A DNA stretch of 64,000 nucleotides. Origin: Candidatus Levybacteria bacterium RIFCSPHIGHO2_01_FULL_38_26 (lineage in GTDB: Bacteria > Patescibacteriota > Microgenomatia > Levybacterales > UBA12049). A model generated the notes under the pieces. The model had not been told where the DNA came from. It made no database searches and saw nothing but the letters and a program-made list of their open reading frames with translations. The stretch is from assembly GCA_001782075.1 (NCBI GenBank), contig MFNO01000016.1, positions 5,600 through 69,599 of the forward strand, written 5' to 3'. The stretch's first letter is position 1; each line of letters opens with the position of its first letter. The translations under genes and the position numbers were made by a program. Shown piece after piece: positions 51,381 to 62,002 of the stretch.

Positions 51381-52604
51381 TCAGGTAAAAACAGAAATAA
51401 AAATACTCAAAGCTATCATCAAGACTCCTGAAACAGCCACAACCGTTCCCACACCAAAAAGGTCAGCAAACCCTCCGGCAAGAACTACCGGAAGAAAAGA
51501 CACTGTCCCGCTTGTAGCATTTAAAAGACCATAAATTCTTCCCCTCAAATTCTCACTTGTCTCAACCTGAATAGTAGCATGACCGGAGATAAAAACCAAA
51601 GATACGGCAAATCCAACCAGCATAGATAAGACAAACGTTGTGGGAAGAGCCGATGCTATATTTCGAACATGCGGGAAGATTAGAAATATTATTCCCGAAA
51701 GCACAAATCCAATTGCTGAGAGCCACTTAAATTCCAATCTCTTGCCAATTCCTCCAAGAAAAAAACTGCCCGCACCCACTCCCAAAACAGCAGGCGCTAT
51801 AACAAGAAGAGAAAGGTTCTCGATCTGGACATTAAGAACAGTCGAGACATATCCGGGTCCTAAAACGGCAAATATAAAAATTATCGCCTGGGCAATTGTC
51901 AAAACCACAAACGCTCGCACAACTTTTGAAGCTTTTTTTATAAAGGGCAGGATTTCGTTTAGTTCCTTAAAAAAAGAAACATTCGAATCTTTTAATCTAA
52001 CAGAAGGATAGGAAGGTTTTAAAAGAAAAATAAAAAAAGTTCCGAGCAAAAAAAGGGAAGCAATGTACATTATAGTATATTCTCTTCCCCACAAAAGCAA
52101 AAAAGGTCCCGCAAGAATATATCCCAAAAACATACTTACGTATGTAGCCATATACAAAATTGAGTTTGCTGATATTATGAGATTTTTTGGAACTAGGTTT
52201 GGAACTATAGCGGAGGATGCTGGAAGAAAAAACTGAGTCACAATTGCTACAAAAAACGTAATAACATAAATAAATCCAACATGAAGATCGGCAATCATAA
52301 GGGGCAGGATCAATATTCCCCGAATCAGATTGGCAAAAAATAAAATCTTTCTTTTATCCCATCTGTCAACTTGAACTCCAGAGATAACACTAAGCAAAAC
52401 CGCGGGAATCGTAAAAGAAAGAATTAGACCAGAGACAGAAACACTTGATCTAGTCAAGCCAAAAACTATAAGAATCAAAACAAAGTTCTGCATATTAAAC
52501 GCTAGCTGGGAGAAAAACTGGGAGACAATCATAAGAAGAAAAGGTCTAACGCGGATAACTTGAAGAATATCATTACCGATAATTGCCTTTTTGACAACCT
52601 CCAT
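51381..52604 (-). CDS. MFS transporter
   Basis: 407 aa, 12 predicted TM helices in 6+6 arrangement; G-x-x-x-D-R/K-like loop (GVQVDRWDKRK). Confidence 0.6.
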   Translation of the reverse strand: MEVVKKAIIGNDILQVIRVRPFLLMIVSQFFSQLAFNMQNFVLILIVFGLTRSSVSVSGLILSFTIPAVLLSVISGVQVDRWDKRKILFFANLIRGILILPLMIADLHVGFIYVITFFVAIVTQFFLPASSAIVPNLVPKNLIISANSILYMATYVSMFLGYILAGPFLLLWGREYTIMYIASLFLLGTFFIFLLKPSYPSVRLKDSNVSFFKELNEILPFIKKASKVVRAFVVLTIAQAIIFIFAVLGPGYVSTVLNVQIENLSLLVIAPAVLGVGAGSFFLGGIGKRLEFKWLSAIGFVLSGIIFLIFPHVRNIASALPTTFVLSMLVGFAVSLVFISGHATIQVETSENLRGRIYGLLNATSGTVSFLPVVLAGGFADLFGVGTVVAVSGVLMIALSIFISVFT

Positions 52605-52607
52605 CTT

Positions 52608-53162
52608 TTACGCCTTCTCCGTATATTCACCTGTCCTGGTGTCTATACGGACAGTATCTCCAGCATCCACGAAAAGTGGAACCTTTGTTTTGAGTCCATT
52701 TTCTAAGACCGCGTCCTTAAAGATATTGGTTGCGGAATTTCCTCTCACCCCTGGTCCCGTTTCTGCTACTTTAAGATCAATTTTGGGAGGAAGATTGAGA
52801 AAAAGCGCCTCGTCTTCCAAAAAACTTATTGAAAACCTCTCGCCCTCTTTCAAAAATTCATGTCCAGCAAGCGTTTTTAAGGAAAAATCAAGCTGTTCAT
52901 ATATCTGTGGGTCCATAAAATAAGCTTTATCATCATCTATGTAAAGAAACTGAAGATCTTTCTTGGAAATTTGAACACTGTTTACCTTCGCTCCGTTTAT
53001 AAAGCTTTTTTCTGTTATCGCGCCGCTTCTTAGATTCCGCAGTTTAACTCTAATATTGGCGCTTCCCCTCCCCATCTTGATGTGATCGTAAGAAAGTACT
53101 TGGAAGATTTGCCCCTCGTCTTCAAAAACCGTACCGTTTCTAAGGTCTGCGACACTAACCAT
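52608..53162 (-). CDS. efp: elongation factor P
   Basis: KMGRGSANIRVKLRNLRSGAITEKSF (EF-P KOW-like N-domain with modified-Lys loop context), 184 aa, three-domain length. Confidence 0.9.
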   Translation of the reverse strand: MVSVADLRNGTVFEDEGQIFQVLSYDHIKMGRGSANIRVKLRNLRSGAITEKSFINGAKVNSVQISKKDLQFLYIDDDKAYFMDPQIYEQLDFSLKTLAGHEFLKEGERFSISFLEDEALFLNLPPKIDLKVAETGPGVRGNSATNIFKDAVLENGLKTKVPLFVDAGDTVRIDTRTGEYTEKA

Positions 53163-55728
53163 AGACCTTTATCTTATCAGTTTTGTTCTTTTTACACCAG
53201 TCTCTGATAGTCTTTTTGTCACGCGAAAGCCAGAGAGCATTTGAGTAAATCTGTTCTACCGCCTGAGCAATTGATCTTTGTGCCTCAGGAAGCGGATGTT
53301 TTTTTACAAAAGAAGTAATATCCTTGGCATCTGAAACTTTTGTAAAATCCGAAGCAGAAGTAAAAACTCTGGAAAAATAATGTCCGCCCGCGTACCGATC
53401 TTTGAAAAACTGCCAATGTTTTTTCACAAACTCCCAAGCAATATACCTGCCTTGTGGATTTGACCACACAGATGCAACTATCTGGAGAGTGTTTTGATAT
53501 CGAACATGCTTGGAAATCGCGAAATCCAAAGTTTTTGCCAGTAAATTATCTTCTGTAAACCTTCCCATTGATATTCCAATTCTATCTCTCTCTTGCTGAT
53601 TTTCTTCTTTTTTATACATAAAAATAAGTTTGTCAAATTCTTTCTGGTCCCCATTTTCAGCAACCAATTGGTAAACAGCACCTCTTAGATCAGGATCGAT
53701 CTTGTTGTTTTTAATTGTCGCGAAGAGTTCCTGTGCTTTAATAATCGTCTCTTTATCTCCATATGACCCCAGTTTATGTAACGCAACTCCTCGCAATAAC
53801 CCGTCTGTATACTTCTCTCCACTTTTTTTCGCCCAACCTAAAGAATGCGCAATTTTTCGGTATACTTGCCCCAACCTTCTTTTATAATCCCCATAAAAAG
53901 ACTCAAGCGCCAAAAGGCTATCTAATTGATTTATATGCCTGGTGATTTCCAACCAAACTGTGTAATCTTTTTCGTCTTTATAAGACTCTACCAAATCAAG
54001 AGCAAGTGATGTCGGACTGCCGCCTGATTGCGCGAGAGCAAAGGTGTCCCTAAGTAGCCCAAGCCTATCCGAAGGTTCAAGTTTTTTACCGCTAATCCCC
54101 TTCTCTAACTGTCTTAAGTAGTTTTTTGGGTAATCTATTCGGACAAAACTCGTCTCGCCTTTATTTAGCTTGGCAAAGTTTTTCGGCTTGGCTATCGAGA
54201 TAAATTTTTTATCCATCAGAATTTGTTTCTTGCCTATTCTAAGGGGAATTGACCAAACTGTTTTGTTGTCATGGCTTTCTCTTTTTGAAATTGGGCTTGA
54301 GAAAAATCTGTCTTGTCTAATCTTCAACGTTGTCTTACTCTCTGAAACAGCAACAACAGGATGACCTGCTTTTGAAGTCCAATTTTTCATTATCTTTCCA
54401 ACCGGCTTTTTAGAAACTTTCTCCAAAGATGCCCACAAATCCTCGGTCTGTGCGTTTGAATAAGCATGGGTTTTTAAATAATGCTGCAAGCCTTTTTGAA
54501 AATCGCGCGCCCCTAGGTATTTGTGGAGCATTCGCAGAATCGATGCGCCTTTGGAATACGAAACTTTGTCAAAAATCTCACTAATCTGCGCTGGATGGCC
54601 CACCTCTACTTCGATAGGATGCGTGTTGTTTAATGCGTCAAGGTGAAGAGCCGTACCCATTTCGCTTGATACAAATTGCGTCCAGATATCCCAATCTGGA
54701 AATATATGATCTATTGCCAGATATTCGATAAAAGAGGCAAATCCTTCATTTAACCACAAATGAGTCCACCACTCCATTGTTACCAAATTCCCAAACCACT
54801 GATGCGCCAATTCATGGGCAATAACCAAAGCCACCCATTGCCTGTTGGCAACCGACGACTTCTCCTCATCAACCAAAATAGTCGATTCCCTATAAGTAAC
54901 CGCTCCCCAATTCTCCATAGCTCCCGCGCTAAAGTCGGGAATGGCAATCATATCCAAAACCGCCAAAGGATATGGAATTTTAAAATAATCATGGTAAAAC
55001 TCCATAGATTTTATCCCGACATGAAGCGCAAATTTTGCCTGCTCTTTTTTCCCGGGAGTTGTAAATACTCTAACGAGAACTCCATCCCTGGTCTTGCCTT
55101 CGATATGCTCAAACTCTCCCACTATAAAAGCCAAAAGGTATGTTGACATTTTTGGCGTTGGCTCAAACTCTACAATTTTGTAGCCTGATTCGTGCTCTGA
55201 AACTTCTGACTCAATGGTATTTGAAATTGCTACGGTATGACTGGGTATCATAAGGGTAACGTCAAAAATTGCTTTTTGTGATGGCTCATCAAAAGACGGA
55301 AAAGCCCGTCTCGCATCTGTTGATTCAAACTGGGTTGTCGCCAGATGTTTTATCTTCCCATCAACTGTATACGCGCTTCTATAAAATCCCCGCATTTTGT
55401 CGTTTAGTTTACCGCTAAACTTGAGTTTTAGCTCGCCTTTTCCTTTCTGTAGTTTTTTGGGGAATGTAAATACAGCTGTTTCGGCATCTTTATTATAAGA
55501 AATTTTTCCTGCCCAAACTTCCTTTTTGCCATGAAAAAACTCAGCGCTTTGAATATCAAGCTCTGCGGCATGAAGATTAATAATATTATCAGATTTGTCT
55601 AAAGCTAATTGAATTGACTCCTCACCCCAGAAAGAAAAGTTTTCAAAGTTTGGCCTCAAGATTATTTTGTAGCGAAGCGGCTTTATGTGAGCAGGCAGAC
55701 GATGACTATTTTTTTGCTTTTTTGCCAT
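53155..55728 (-). CDS. pepN: aminopeptidase N (M1 family)
   Basis: GAMENWG exopeptidase motif, zinc site HELAHQWFGNLVTMEWW...WLNEGFASF, ERAP1-like C-terminal domain. Confidence 0.9.
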   Translation of the reverse strand: MAKKQKNSHRLPAHIKPLRYKIILRPNFENFSFWGEESIQLALDKSDNIINLHAAELDIQSAEFFHGKKEVWAGKISYNKDAETAVFTFPKKLQKGKGELKLKFSGKLNDKMRGFYRSAYTVDGKIKHLATTQFESTDARRAFPSFDEPSQKAIFDVTLMIPSHTVAISNTIESEVSEHESGYKIVEFEPTPKMSTYLLAFIVGEFEHIEGKTRDGVLVRVFTTPGKKEQAKFALHVGIKSMEFYHDYFKIPYPLAVLDMIAIPDFSAGAMENWGAVTYRESTILVDEEKSSVANRQWVALVIAHELAHQWFGNLVTMEWWTHLWLNEGFASFIEYLAIDHIFPDWDIWTQFVSSEMGTALHLDALNNTHPIEVEVGHPAQISEIFDKVSYSKGASILRMLHKYLGARDFQKGLQHYLKTHAYSNAQTEDLWASLEKVSKKPVGKIMKNWTSKAGHPVVAVSESKTTLKIRQDRFFSSPISKRESHDNKTVWSIPLRIGKKQILMDKKFISIAKPKNFAKLNKGETSFVRIDYPKNYLRQLEKGISGKKLEPSDRLGLLRDTFALAQSGGSPTSLALDLVESYKDEKDYTVWLEITRHINQLDSLLALESFYGDYKRRLGQVYRKIAHSLGWAKKSGEKYTDGLLRGVALHKLGSYGDKETIIKAQELFATIKNNKIDPDLRGAVYQLVAENGDQKEFDKLIFMYKKEENQQERDRIGISMGRFTEDNLLAKTLDFAISKHVRYQNTLQIVASVWSNPQGRYIAWEFVKKHWQFFKDRYAGGHYFSRVFTSASDFTKVSDAKDITSFVKKHPLPEAQRSIAQAVEQIYSNALWLSRDKKTIRDWCKKNKTDKIKVYG

Positions 55729-55800
55729 AATTTTCTTGAAAGAAGACAGATGAAAGTATATAATAAGAGTTGTAAAAACGCAATTTTAAAATAAGAAACT

Positions 55801-55884
55801 GGCGCGGTGATGGAACGGTAGACATGCAAGTCTCAAAAACTTGTGAAGGTAAACTTCATGAGAGTTCGAATCTCTCCCGCGCCA
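55801..55884 (+). tRNA. tRNA-Leu (anticodon CAA), class II with long variable arm
   Basis: Hand-folded cloverleaf: acceptor GGCGCGG/CCGCGCC with discriminator A; anticodon stem CAAGT/ACTTG and loop CTCAAAA; variable arm GAAG-GTAAA-CTTC; T arm GAGAG-TTCGAAT-CTCTC. The D stem is short. No encoded CCA. Confidence 0.85.
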
Positions 55885-55901
55885 CTAAAATGTGTTCGCT
55901 T

Positions 55902-57431
55902 TTAAAAAGCCGGGGAGGCAACGAAATTTTCTAGCACTTCGATTCTTTTTTTCATATCTTTTATCATTTCGTCCGAGATACTTGGGGATTCTGACAGGCT
56001 TCTTACAAAACCGCTATCCATTGCCTCTTCTATTTCTCGAATTTCCCAAATATGCATTTGGGGATCAAAGCTTTCATTATACCTCTGCGTAGACGTTTCT
56101 TTTAGCGCTGGGTATTTATTGATTACTCTGCTATAAATAGTTGAAAAATGCTGAGCTATGTCTCTTTGATCTCCTGAAATCTCTAAGTTCATTGGCAATC
56201 CTTTTGCTTTAGAAAAAAGTTGGAAAGACCTCTCATTTTTTTCAGTTACTTCCTGTTGTTTTTTCGCCCTTTCTTGCTCTTCAGGGGATAATGTGGGAGC
56301 AATAGACGTTTCTGGAGATGTCGATGACAACATTATTTTTTCAGCTTTATTTCTTTTTAGAATTTCATCACTCGGTTTACTTATTGATTCTGCGATGTCA
56401 GACATATTTGAATTATCCGCTATTGCTGAAATAACTTCTGTAATTCCGCTTATAACGTCACTGTTGTACTGAATTTTGTCCTGATACAATAAACCATATT
56501 TGAACATCTCAGCATAAATCTCACGACAAGCGGCCTCCATTCTTTGCTGATATTCTTCTTTTAAGTCGCCTTCAAATCTAATTTCACCACATCTAAGAAG
56601 TGCTATCAATCTCTCTCCAATTTCTTTACAAACTGCCTTGTTGTATTTTATATTATTAGAGTTTTCCCCTATTTCCCTAGCAATCCTATCGACTTCGTTT
56701 CTAACTTCTGTTATATTTTTGTCATCAACAATTGATGTCTTTTGGTCACCAACCATAAAACGCCCAACCATTTCTCCTACAGACCTTTTTACCATGGGCA
56801 GCATCAAATCTCTTGAATGATTGAGAAATTGGTCTGGAACAGAAAAAGCTTGCGATAAAGCTCTCCATTTCCCGTGTTCCACACGAACTAGTATTTCCGA
56901 AGGATAACTAGCTCCAACCGCAGGATCAGATCCATACCCACAAGCTTCATGTAATGCGTAGTCTGTAAACTCCTTTTCCAAAGGGATACTGTGCGCAGAA
57001 TCGGATATATTGCAAAATCGACTACCTCCATCAAAACTCATCCCATAAGGATGCTGAGGATGTGGTTTAGACCCTTTAACAATACGGGTAGCGTTGTTCC
57101 CGAATACTATTTGAATTACCTCAAAAGTTCTCATGGAATAGGATTTATTTTTTTCTGGCAGAGCGTCGACATAATCAGCTGGGCTGCCTGACCACTGCTC
57201 TTGTTTTCGTAAACCAGGCTGAATCTCATCCGGCAGTCCCTCCAATCCAAGGGATTCACGAAAAGAGGTGATTTCCGATAGCATCTTTGCTTCTTCCTCA
57301 GGTAAACCAATCAGCTCACCTTTCTCTGTAGCCCAATCTATTTTCATGCCAACCAGTGCTGATCCGCCAATACAAAGCGCAAGCTTAATGAAGTCTCTTC
57401 TGGATATGCCATTTTGCCGTTGCTCAATCAT
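55902..57431 (-). CDS. Tat-signal (twin-arginine) exported protein, unknown function
   Basis: N-terminus ISRRDFIKLALCIGGSALVG = S-R-R-x-F-[LI]-K consensus plus h-region; 509 aa, no recognised catalytic motif. Confidence 0.5.
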   Translation of the reverse strand: MIEQRQNGISRRDFIKLALCIGGSALVGMKIDWATEKGELIGLPEEEAKMLSEITSFRESLGLEGLPDEIQPGLRKQEQWSGSPADYVDALPEKNKSYSMRTFEVIQIVFGNNATRIVKGSKPHPQHPYGMSFDGGSRFCNISDSAHSIPLEKEFTDYALHEACGYGSDPAVGASYPSEILVRVEHGKWRALSQAFSVPDQFLNHSRDLMLPMVKRSVGEMVGRFMVGDQKTSIVDDKNITEVRNEVDRIAREIGENSNNIKYNKAVCKEIGERLIALLRCGEIRFEGDLKEEYQQRMEAACREIYAEMFKYGLLYQDKIQYNSDVISGITEVISAIADNSNMSDIAESISKPSDEILKRNKAEKIMLSSTSPETSIAPTLSPEEQERAKKQQEVTEKNERSFQLFSKAKGLPMNLEISGDQRDIAQHFSTIYSRVINKYPALKETSTQRYNESFDPQMHIWEIREIEEAMDSGFVRSLSESPSISDEMIKDMKKRIEVLENFVASPAF

Positions 57432-57435
57432 ATAT

Positions 57436-58914
57436 TCAACTTTTTCTTCTCCGTCTCTCCAGCCAATGCAGAGACCTTCTGCTTATTCTTATCAGAAGAT
57501 AAGGGGACAAATGCAGCCTAGGCAATCCCAAATGCGAAGACTCTTGCGAATCTGCTTCTTTTTGTCTTTTCAAAAGAAAAGTAAGAATTGGAGGTGTTAA
57601 TAGAGTTGAGAAAATTACCATAACTACTATAACAGAGAAGACTTCATCGGATACAACACCAAGGCCTCTTCCTATTGTAGCAAATATCAAGCCTACCTCT
57701 CCTCTGGGGATCATGCCAAAGCCAACAATGAGTTTGTTGGCGGATCCCGCGGCAAGTCCTGCAACAAGCTTTCCTAAAAACGCCACCACAGTAATCCCCA
57801 ATGCTGTTAATAAAATCGAAGGATTAAACATCGTATCAAGTCTCACGCTCATCCCCGTCATCACGAAAAATATTGGCACTAGCAAAAAAGCCACCGGCTC
57901 TATCAAATCTTCAATATGTCTGTAGGAATATCTTTCAACAGCCTGGAAAATTTTCTCACGTGTCTTGGAATTGACCCCTTTTACAGCACTTCTTATATCC
58001 CTTACAATCTGAGGATCTCTAAAGAATCGAAAGTGTACTGGATCCAAAACCAAACCAGCCGCAAACGCTCCGACAATAGGAGCAAGTCCTATCATCTGAG
58101 CAGCAAACGCCGCAAATAATCCAATACTGATTGCCAAACTAAATTTCATCCCAACCCCTGTATTGATCTTTGAAAATAATTTCCCAAGCCGTGGCGCGAA
58201 GATTTGTCCCAAAATAATTGATCCTGCTAGAAAAAGAAAAGACTTTGCTGTTATTAATCCTATTGTTGCCGGACTGACAGATCCAGACGTCGCTATTGCC
58301 GAAACAACAGCAAGAATAATAAGACCAAAAACATCATCGATTACAGCCGCCCCCAAGACAATCTGAGCCTCAGGACTCCTAAGCTTACCGAGGTCTTTAA
58401 ATACTCTTGCAGTTATACCAACTGACGTAGCTGTCAAGGCAGCGCCCAAGAAAAGATAAGCATTGGGATCAAGATTAGGAAGAAGCAAAGGACCCACTAT
58501 ATAAGTGCCCAGTACAAAAGGCACGACAACTCCAATGCACGCGACCAGCAAAGCAGGAATTCCTACCCTGCGCATATCTTTGATATTGGACTCCAAACCT
58601 ATTTGGAAAAGCAGGATTACCACTCCAAGTTCCGCGAGAAATAATATAATAGAATCTGTCTTGACTTGCTCAAAAAAATTGATCCCTAAAATAGCCAGAT
58701 TCCCCAGGATTACACCTGCAACAAGCTCACCAAGAACGGAGGGTTGTCCAAATTTCTCCACAAGACTTGCCGCCTTTGCCACCAAAAGCAAAATCGCTAT
58801 CCATAGAAATGTAACTGCCGCGCTCCCATGAGAAGCTTCTTCTGCCCCGGAAGCTAACACGTCGCCTGCTAAGCCAAAAAATAACCCTCCAACTAGAAGG
58901 GTGCTTACTATCAT
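57436..58914 (-). CDS. monovalent cation:proton antiporter (CPA2/Kef-NapA-like)
   Basis: ~12-13 TM helices, Na_H_Exchanger-like motifs; the last ~60 aa are polar and basic. Confidence 0.7.
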   Translation of the reverse strand: MIVSTLLVGGLFFGLAGDVLASGAEEASHGSAAVTFLWIAILLLVAKAASLVEKFGQPSVLGELVAGVILGNLAILGINFFEQVKTDSIILFLAELGVVILLFQIGLESNIKDMRRVGIPALLVACIGVVVPFVLGTYIVGPLLLPNLDPNAYLFLGAALTATSVGITARVFKDLGKLRSPEAQIVLGAAVIDDVFGLIILAVVSAIATSGSVSPATIGLITAKSFLFLAGSIILGQIFAPRLGKLFSKINTGVGMKFSLAISIGLFAAFAAQMIGLAPIVGAFAAGLVLDPVHFRFFRDPQIVRDIRSAVKGVNSKTREKIFQAVERYSYRHIEDLIEPVAFLLVPIFFVMTGMSVRLDTMFNPSILLTALGITVVAFLGKLVAGLAAGSANKLIVGFGMIPRGEVGLIFATIGRGLGVVSDEVFSVIVVMVIFSTLLTPPILTFLLKRQKEADSQESSHLGLPRLHLSPYLLIRISRRSLHWLERRRRKS

Positions 58915-58921
58915 CTTGAAA

Positions 58922-60244
58922 CTACTCCTCTCTTTTCTTTTCTACATCATAGAATTTTAATCTATCTCCTCTAAAAAGCAAGTCTATTTCCCCTGTCGGT
59001 CCATTTCTATGCTTGGCAATTAAAAGCTTTGTGACCATATTAACTCCCATTTCTGCGTCAGGACGATACAAAAACATAACTACGTCCGCGTCCTGTTCTA
59101 TAGCTCCCGATTCTCTCAGATCGGCAAGCTGGGGCTTCCTATCTCCTCCTCTGTGTTCAACAGCTCGAGAAAGCTGAGACACAGCCAGAATCGGAATCTT
59201 AAGTTCTCTTGCCAGGTTTTTAAGAGACTGAGAGACTATTGAAACTTCCTGCACCCGATTGTCATATCTTCTTCCCGGATCAACTAACTGTAAATAATCA
59301 ACCAAAAACAAAGATATATTTTTTTCAAGTTGTAGTCTTCTTGCTTTGGTGCGCATTTCAGAAACCGAAATTCCAGGAGTATCGTCTATATAGATGGGCG
59401 CTTCTGCCAATTCTCCCATCGCGTTTGAAAGTTTTGTAAAGTCTGTTTCAGATAGCCTGCCCGTTTTTATTTTCCACGCGTCAACGTCTGATCGACCAAT
59501 CAAAAATCTATCAACCAACTCTTCTTTGCTCATTTCCAAAGAAAATATACCAACAGACAACTTGTCATTCACAGCTATGTTTTGCGCGATATTTACTATC
59601 ATTGCTGTTTTTCCTTGCCCTGGACGCGCTGCCAAGATAAGAAGGTTTGAGCTTTGCATTCCGGAAAGAGTATTATCAAGATCTGTAAAGCCAGTTTTTA
59701 CTCCGCGAAGACCTACTCCTTTCTTGTGGAGCTCGTCTATTCGATCAAAACTTTCTGCCAAAGTCTCTTTAAGAGGAACAAAGTTCTTCTGTAAATTTTT
59801 TTGAGAAATAGCGAATATCTTGCTTTCCGCTTTATTTAAAACTTCCTCTACGTCTTTTTCATCCGAGAACGCGGATTCCACAATCTCTGACCCCGCGGAA
59901 ATAAGAGCTCTTTTGGTTGATGCCTCTTTGATTATCCCGGCATAGTGTTCGATATTGGCGGCTGTGGGTACCGTATTGACCAAATCAGCAAGATAAGAAG
60001 GTTCTATCTTCTGATATGTTTTGTTTTTTTTAAGATTTGATTTTACCGTCAGAATATCGATGGGCTTTCCTTCTTCATACAGAGAAAGCATCGTACTAAA
60101 AATAGCGCCGTTTATAGAACTGTAAAAATCGTTCTCGGATAAAATTCCCGAAGCAACACTTATGGCGTCCTTTTCAATAAGAATCGCGCCCAACACGCTT
60201 GCTTCAGCTTCCTCATTGTGCGGTGGAATTTTTAAAGCTGCCAT
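58922..60244 (-). CDS. dnaB: replicative DNA helicase DnaB (no intein)
   Basis: N-terminal IPPHNEEAEASVLGAIL, Walker A ARPGQGKTAM, RecA-like fold motifs, 440 aa. Confidence 0.9.
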   Translation of the reverse strand: MAALKIPPHNEEAEASVLGAILIEKDAISVASGILSENDFYSSINGAIFSTMLSLYEEGKPIDILTVKSNLKKNKTYQKIEPSYLADLVNTVPTAANIEHYAGIIKEASTKRALISAGSEIVESAFSDEKDVEEVLNKAESKIFAISQKNLQKNFVPLKETLAESFDRIDELHKKGVGLRGVKTGFTDLDNTLSGMQSSNLLILAARPGQGKTAMIVNIAQNIAVNDKLSVGIFSLEMSKEELVDRFLIGRSDVDAWKIKTGRLSETDFTKLSNAMGELAEAPIYIDDTPGISVSEMRTKARRLQLEKNISLFLVDYLQLVDPGRRYDNRVQEVSIVSQSLKNLARELKIPILAVSQLSRAVEHRGGDRKPQLADLRESGAIEQDADVVMFLYRPDAEMGVNMVTKLLIAKHRNGPTGEIDLLFRGDRLKFYDVEKKREE

Positions 60245-60247
60245 AAT

Positions 60248-60820
60248 CTACCCAAGCATTACTACTTCCATCTCAAGTGGCAATTTGTCTTTTAATATTG
60301 TAGTTTTTTTAGTAGGAATTATGTTTTCTTTACCCAAAGCTCTCACTCCATCTTCTTTGCTGCTGCCATAAAGTATAGAAACTTTCGGCTCAAGTTTGGT
60401 TATTATTGAAGGCTCCAATTGACTATCCACGTTCAATATCGCTACTTGAGGCGATGTACTGACTTCTTCTTTAAGTTTTGAAAGCTCTTGAGTTTTACCC
60501 AAAAAAACACTTAATCCATCTCCAATTATATTATAAATAAATCCCGCGTTTGACCTGACTCCTTCGATTTTAACTCCCCCTACCTCATATTCCCCTGCTC
60601 CTTTTACAATCAGCCGATAATCAGTTACCCTAGATAAATCAAGATTTCCCGAAGGGTCAAGAAAAACAACCGCGTCCGCGCTTGTTTTAGAGCCTTGCCC
60701 TCCCGGATCTATTACTAAAGCTGCATGTCTGAAACGGATTCTTATAGAAGAGCCCTCAAGAATATTTACATCCACGGTATCTAACATCCTATCATAGCAA
60801 TCTTTTCTTGACAAGAGCAT
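60248..60820 (-). CDS. hypothetical protein, possibly MBL-fold (UPF0173-like) with degenerate metal-binding motif
   Basis: HAALVIDPGG and GAGEYEVGGVKIEG resemble UPF0173/YtkL-type MBL-fold proteins, but the HxHxDH position reads DAVVFLDPSGN. Recognition from memory only. Confidence 0.3.
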   Translation of the reverse strand: MLLSRKDCYDRMLDTVDVNILEGSSIRIRFRHAALVIDPGGQGSKTSADAVVFLDPSGNLDLSRVTDYRLIVKGAGEYEVGGVKIEGVRSNAGFIYNIIGDGLSVFLGKTQELSKLKEEVSTSPQVAILNVDSQLEPSIITKLEPKVSILYGSSKEDGVRALGKENIIPTKKTTILKDKLPLEMEVVMLG

Positions 60821-60835
60821 GTTTTTGCCCTAAAC

Positions 60836-61270
60836 TTGGGTACGATGAAAACGGAAAGAGTCTTGCTCTCTGTACTGGCTGTTGTTCTTGGGCTACTTGT
60901 CGCAGGAATTGTTTTTTTTCTTTATGAAAATACAAGAAATACTCCCCAGGAAGAAGCAAAAATAATTTCCCCGGCTTCTCCAACTCCCCCATCAAAATCT
61001 TCGGTTTTTCTAACGGTTGACAAACCCAAAGATGAAGAAGTGGTTGAAGAAAAAGTTATTGACATTTCAGGAAAAACCACCGCTGACGCAATAGTTATTG
61101 TCCTAACTAACAACGACGAACAAGTCCTAACTCCAACAGGCAATGGAGATTTTTCAACCACAACCACCCTTGAAGAAAATCAAAATTTCATAGAAACAAC
61201 AGCGATCGCGCCAAACGGCGAGAGCGTTCATGTTCTGAGGGTTGTAACATATTCAACAGAAGAGTTTTAA
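60836..61270 (+). CDS. membrane-anchored hypothetical protein
   Basis: N-terminal TM (VLLSVLAVVLGLLVAGIVFFL), Pro/Ser/Thr-rich linker, small domain. Confidence 0.4.
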   Translation: MGTMKTERVLLSVLAVVLGLLVAGIVFFLYENTRNTPQEEAKIISPASPTPPSKSSVFLTVDKPKDEEVVEEKVIDISGKTTADAIVIVLTNNDEQVLTPTGNGDFSTTTTLEENQNFIETTAIAPNGESVHVLRVVTYSTEEF

Positions 61271-61274
61271 TGCT

Positions 61275-62000
61275 ATGAAAATAATAATTTTATTATTAAT
61301 AATGTTTCATATTTCATACTTCATATTTCATGCTTCAATTGCTGGTGCTCAAACTCCAACTAAAACTTCTGATATTGGAGATATCAAAGACCAGCTTATC
61401 GAGACCATCGCGTCCCGAGTCGCCCAACTCAATCTGGTTGAAAAACGTTCAGTTGTCGGGACGGTAACCGAGGCTTCAAATACACAAATCACTCTCTCTG
61501 ACATCCAAAACAATACCCGATTTATTGATGTTGACGAGCTGACAAAATTTTCATCTCAGGATGAAGACTCTTTTGGAATCTCAGACATTACAAACGGTAC
61601 GACAATGTCTGCATTGGGCTTGTACAACAAAGATTCAAGAAGACTTTTGGCGAGATTTGTTGATGTGGTAACGCTGCCGATGTATATACATGGAGAGGCT
61701 GCTAATATCGACAAAACAAATCGTGTTTTTGATGTAATCCAAAAAAATGGAGAGACAGCAAAGATCGACTTTTTGAATTCCACCTCAATTCGCTCCTATA
61801 CAAAGACTGAGGATTTAACAAGATCGCAATTTTCAGCCATTCAAGAGGGTCAGCGTATTATCGTGACTGGTTCGCCTGATGAGGATAATGAAGAACTTAT
61901 TACAGCAGAAAGAATAATTCTCTTCCCCGAAATCCCTAGCACCATCAGGATCAACAGTGAAGCTGCATCCTCCGCAACTCAAAGCGCTATAGAAAATTAG
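61275..62000 (+). CDS. secreted hypothetical protein
   Basis: Signal peptide ending AGAQT; 241 aa. Confidence 0.4.
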   Translation: MKIIILLLIMFHISYFIFHASIAGAQTPTKTSDIGDIKDQLIETIASRVAQLNLVEKRSVVGTVTEASNTQITLSDIQNNTRFIDVDELTKFSSQDEDSFGISDITNGTTMSALGLYNKDSRRLLARFVDVVTLPMYIHGEAANIDKTNRVFDVIQKNGETAKIDFLNSTSIRSYTKTEDLTRSQFSAIQEGQRIIVTGSPDEDNEELITAERIILFPEIPSTIRINSEAASSATQSAIEN

Positions 62001-62002
62001 TT

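Noticed and set aside
60248-60820. Considered ribosomal protein L9 (expected upstream of dnaB)
   Set aside because: Sequence does not resemble L9. Weak similarity to MBL-fold UPF0173 proteins instead; left as a low-confidence hypothetical.
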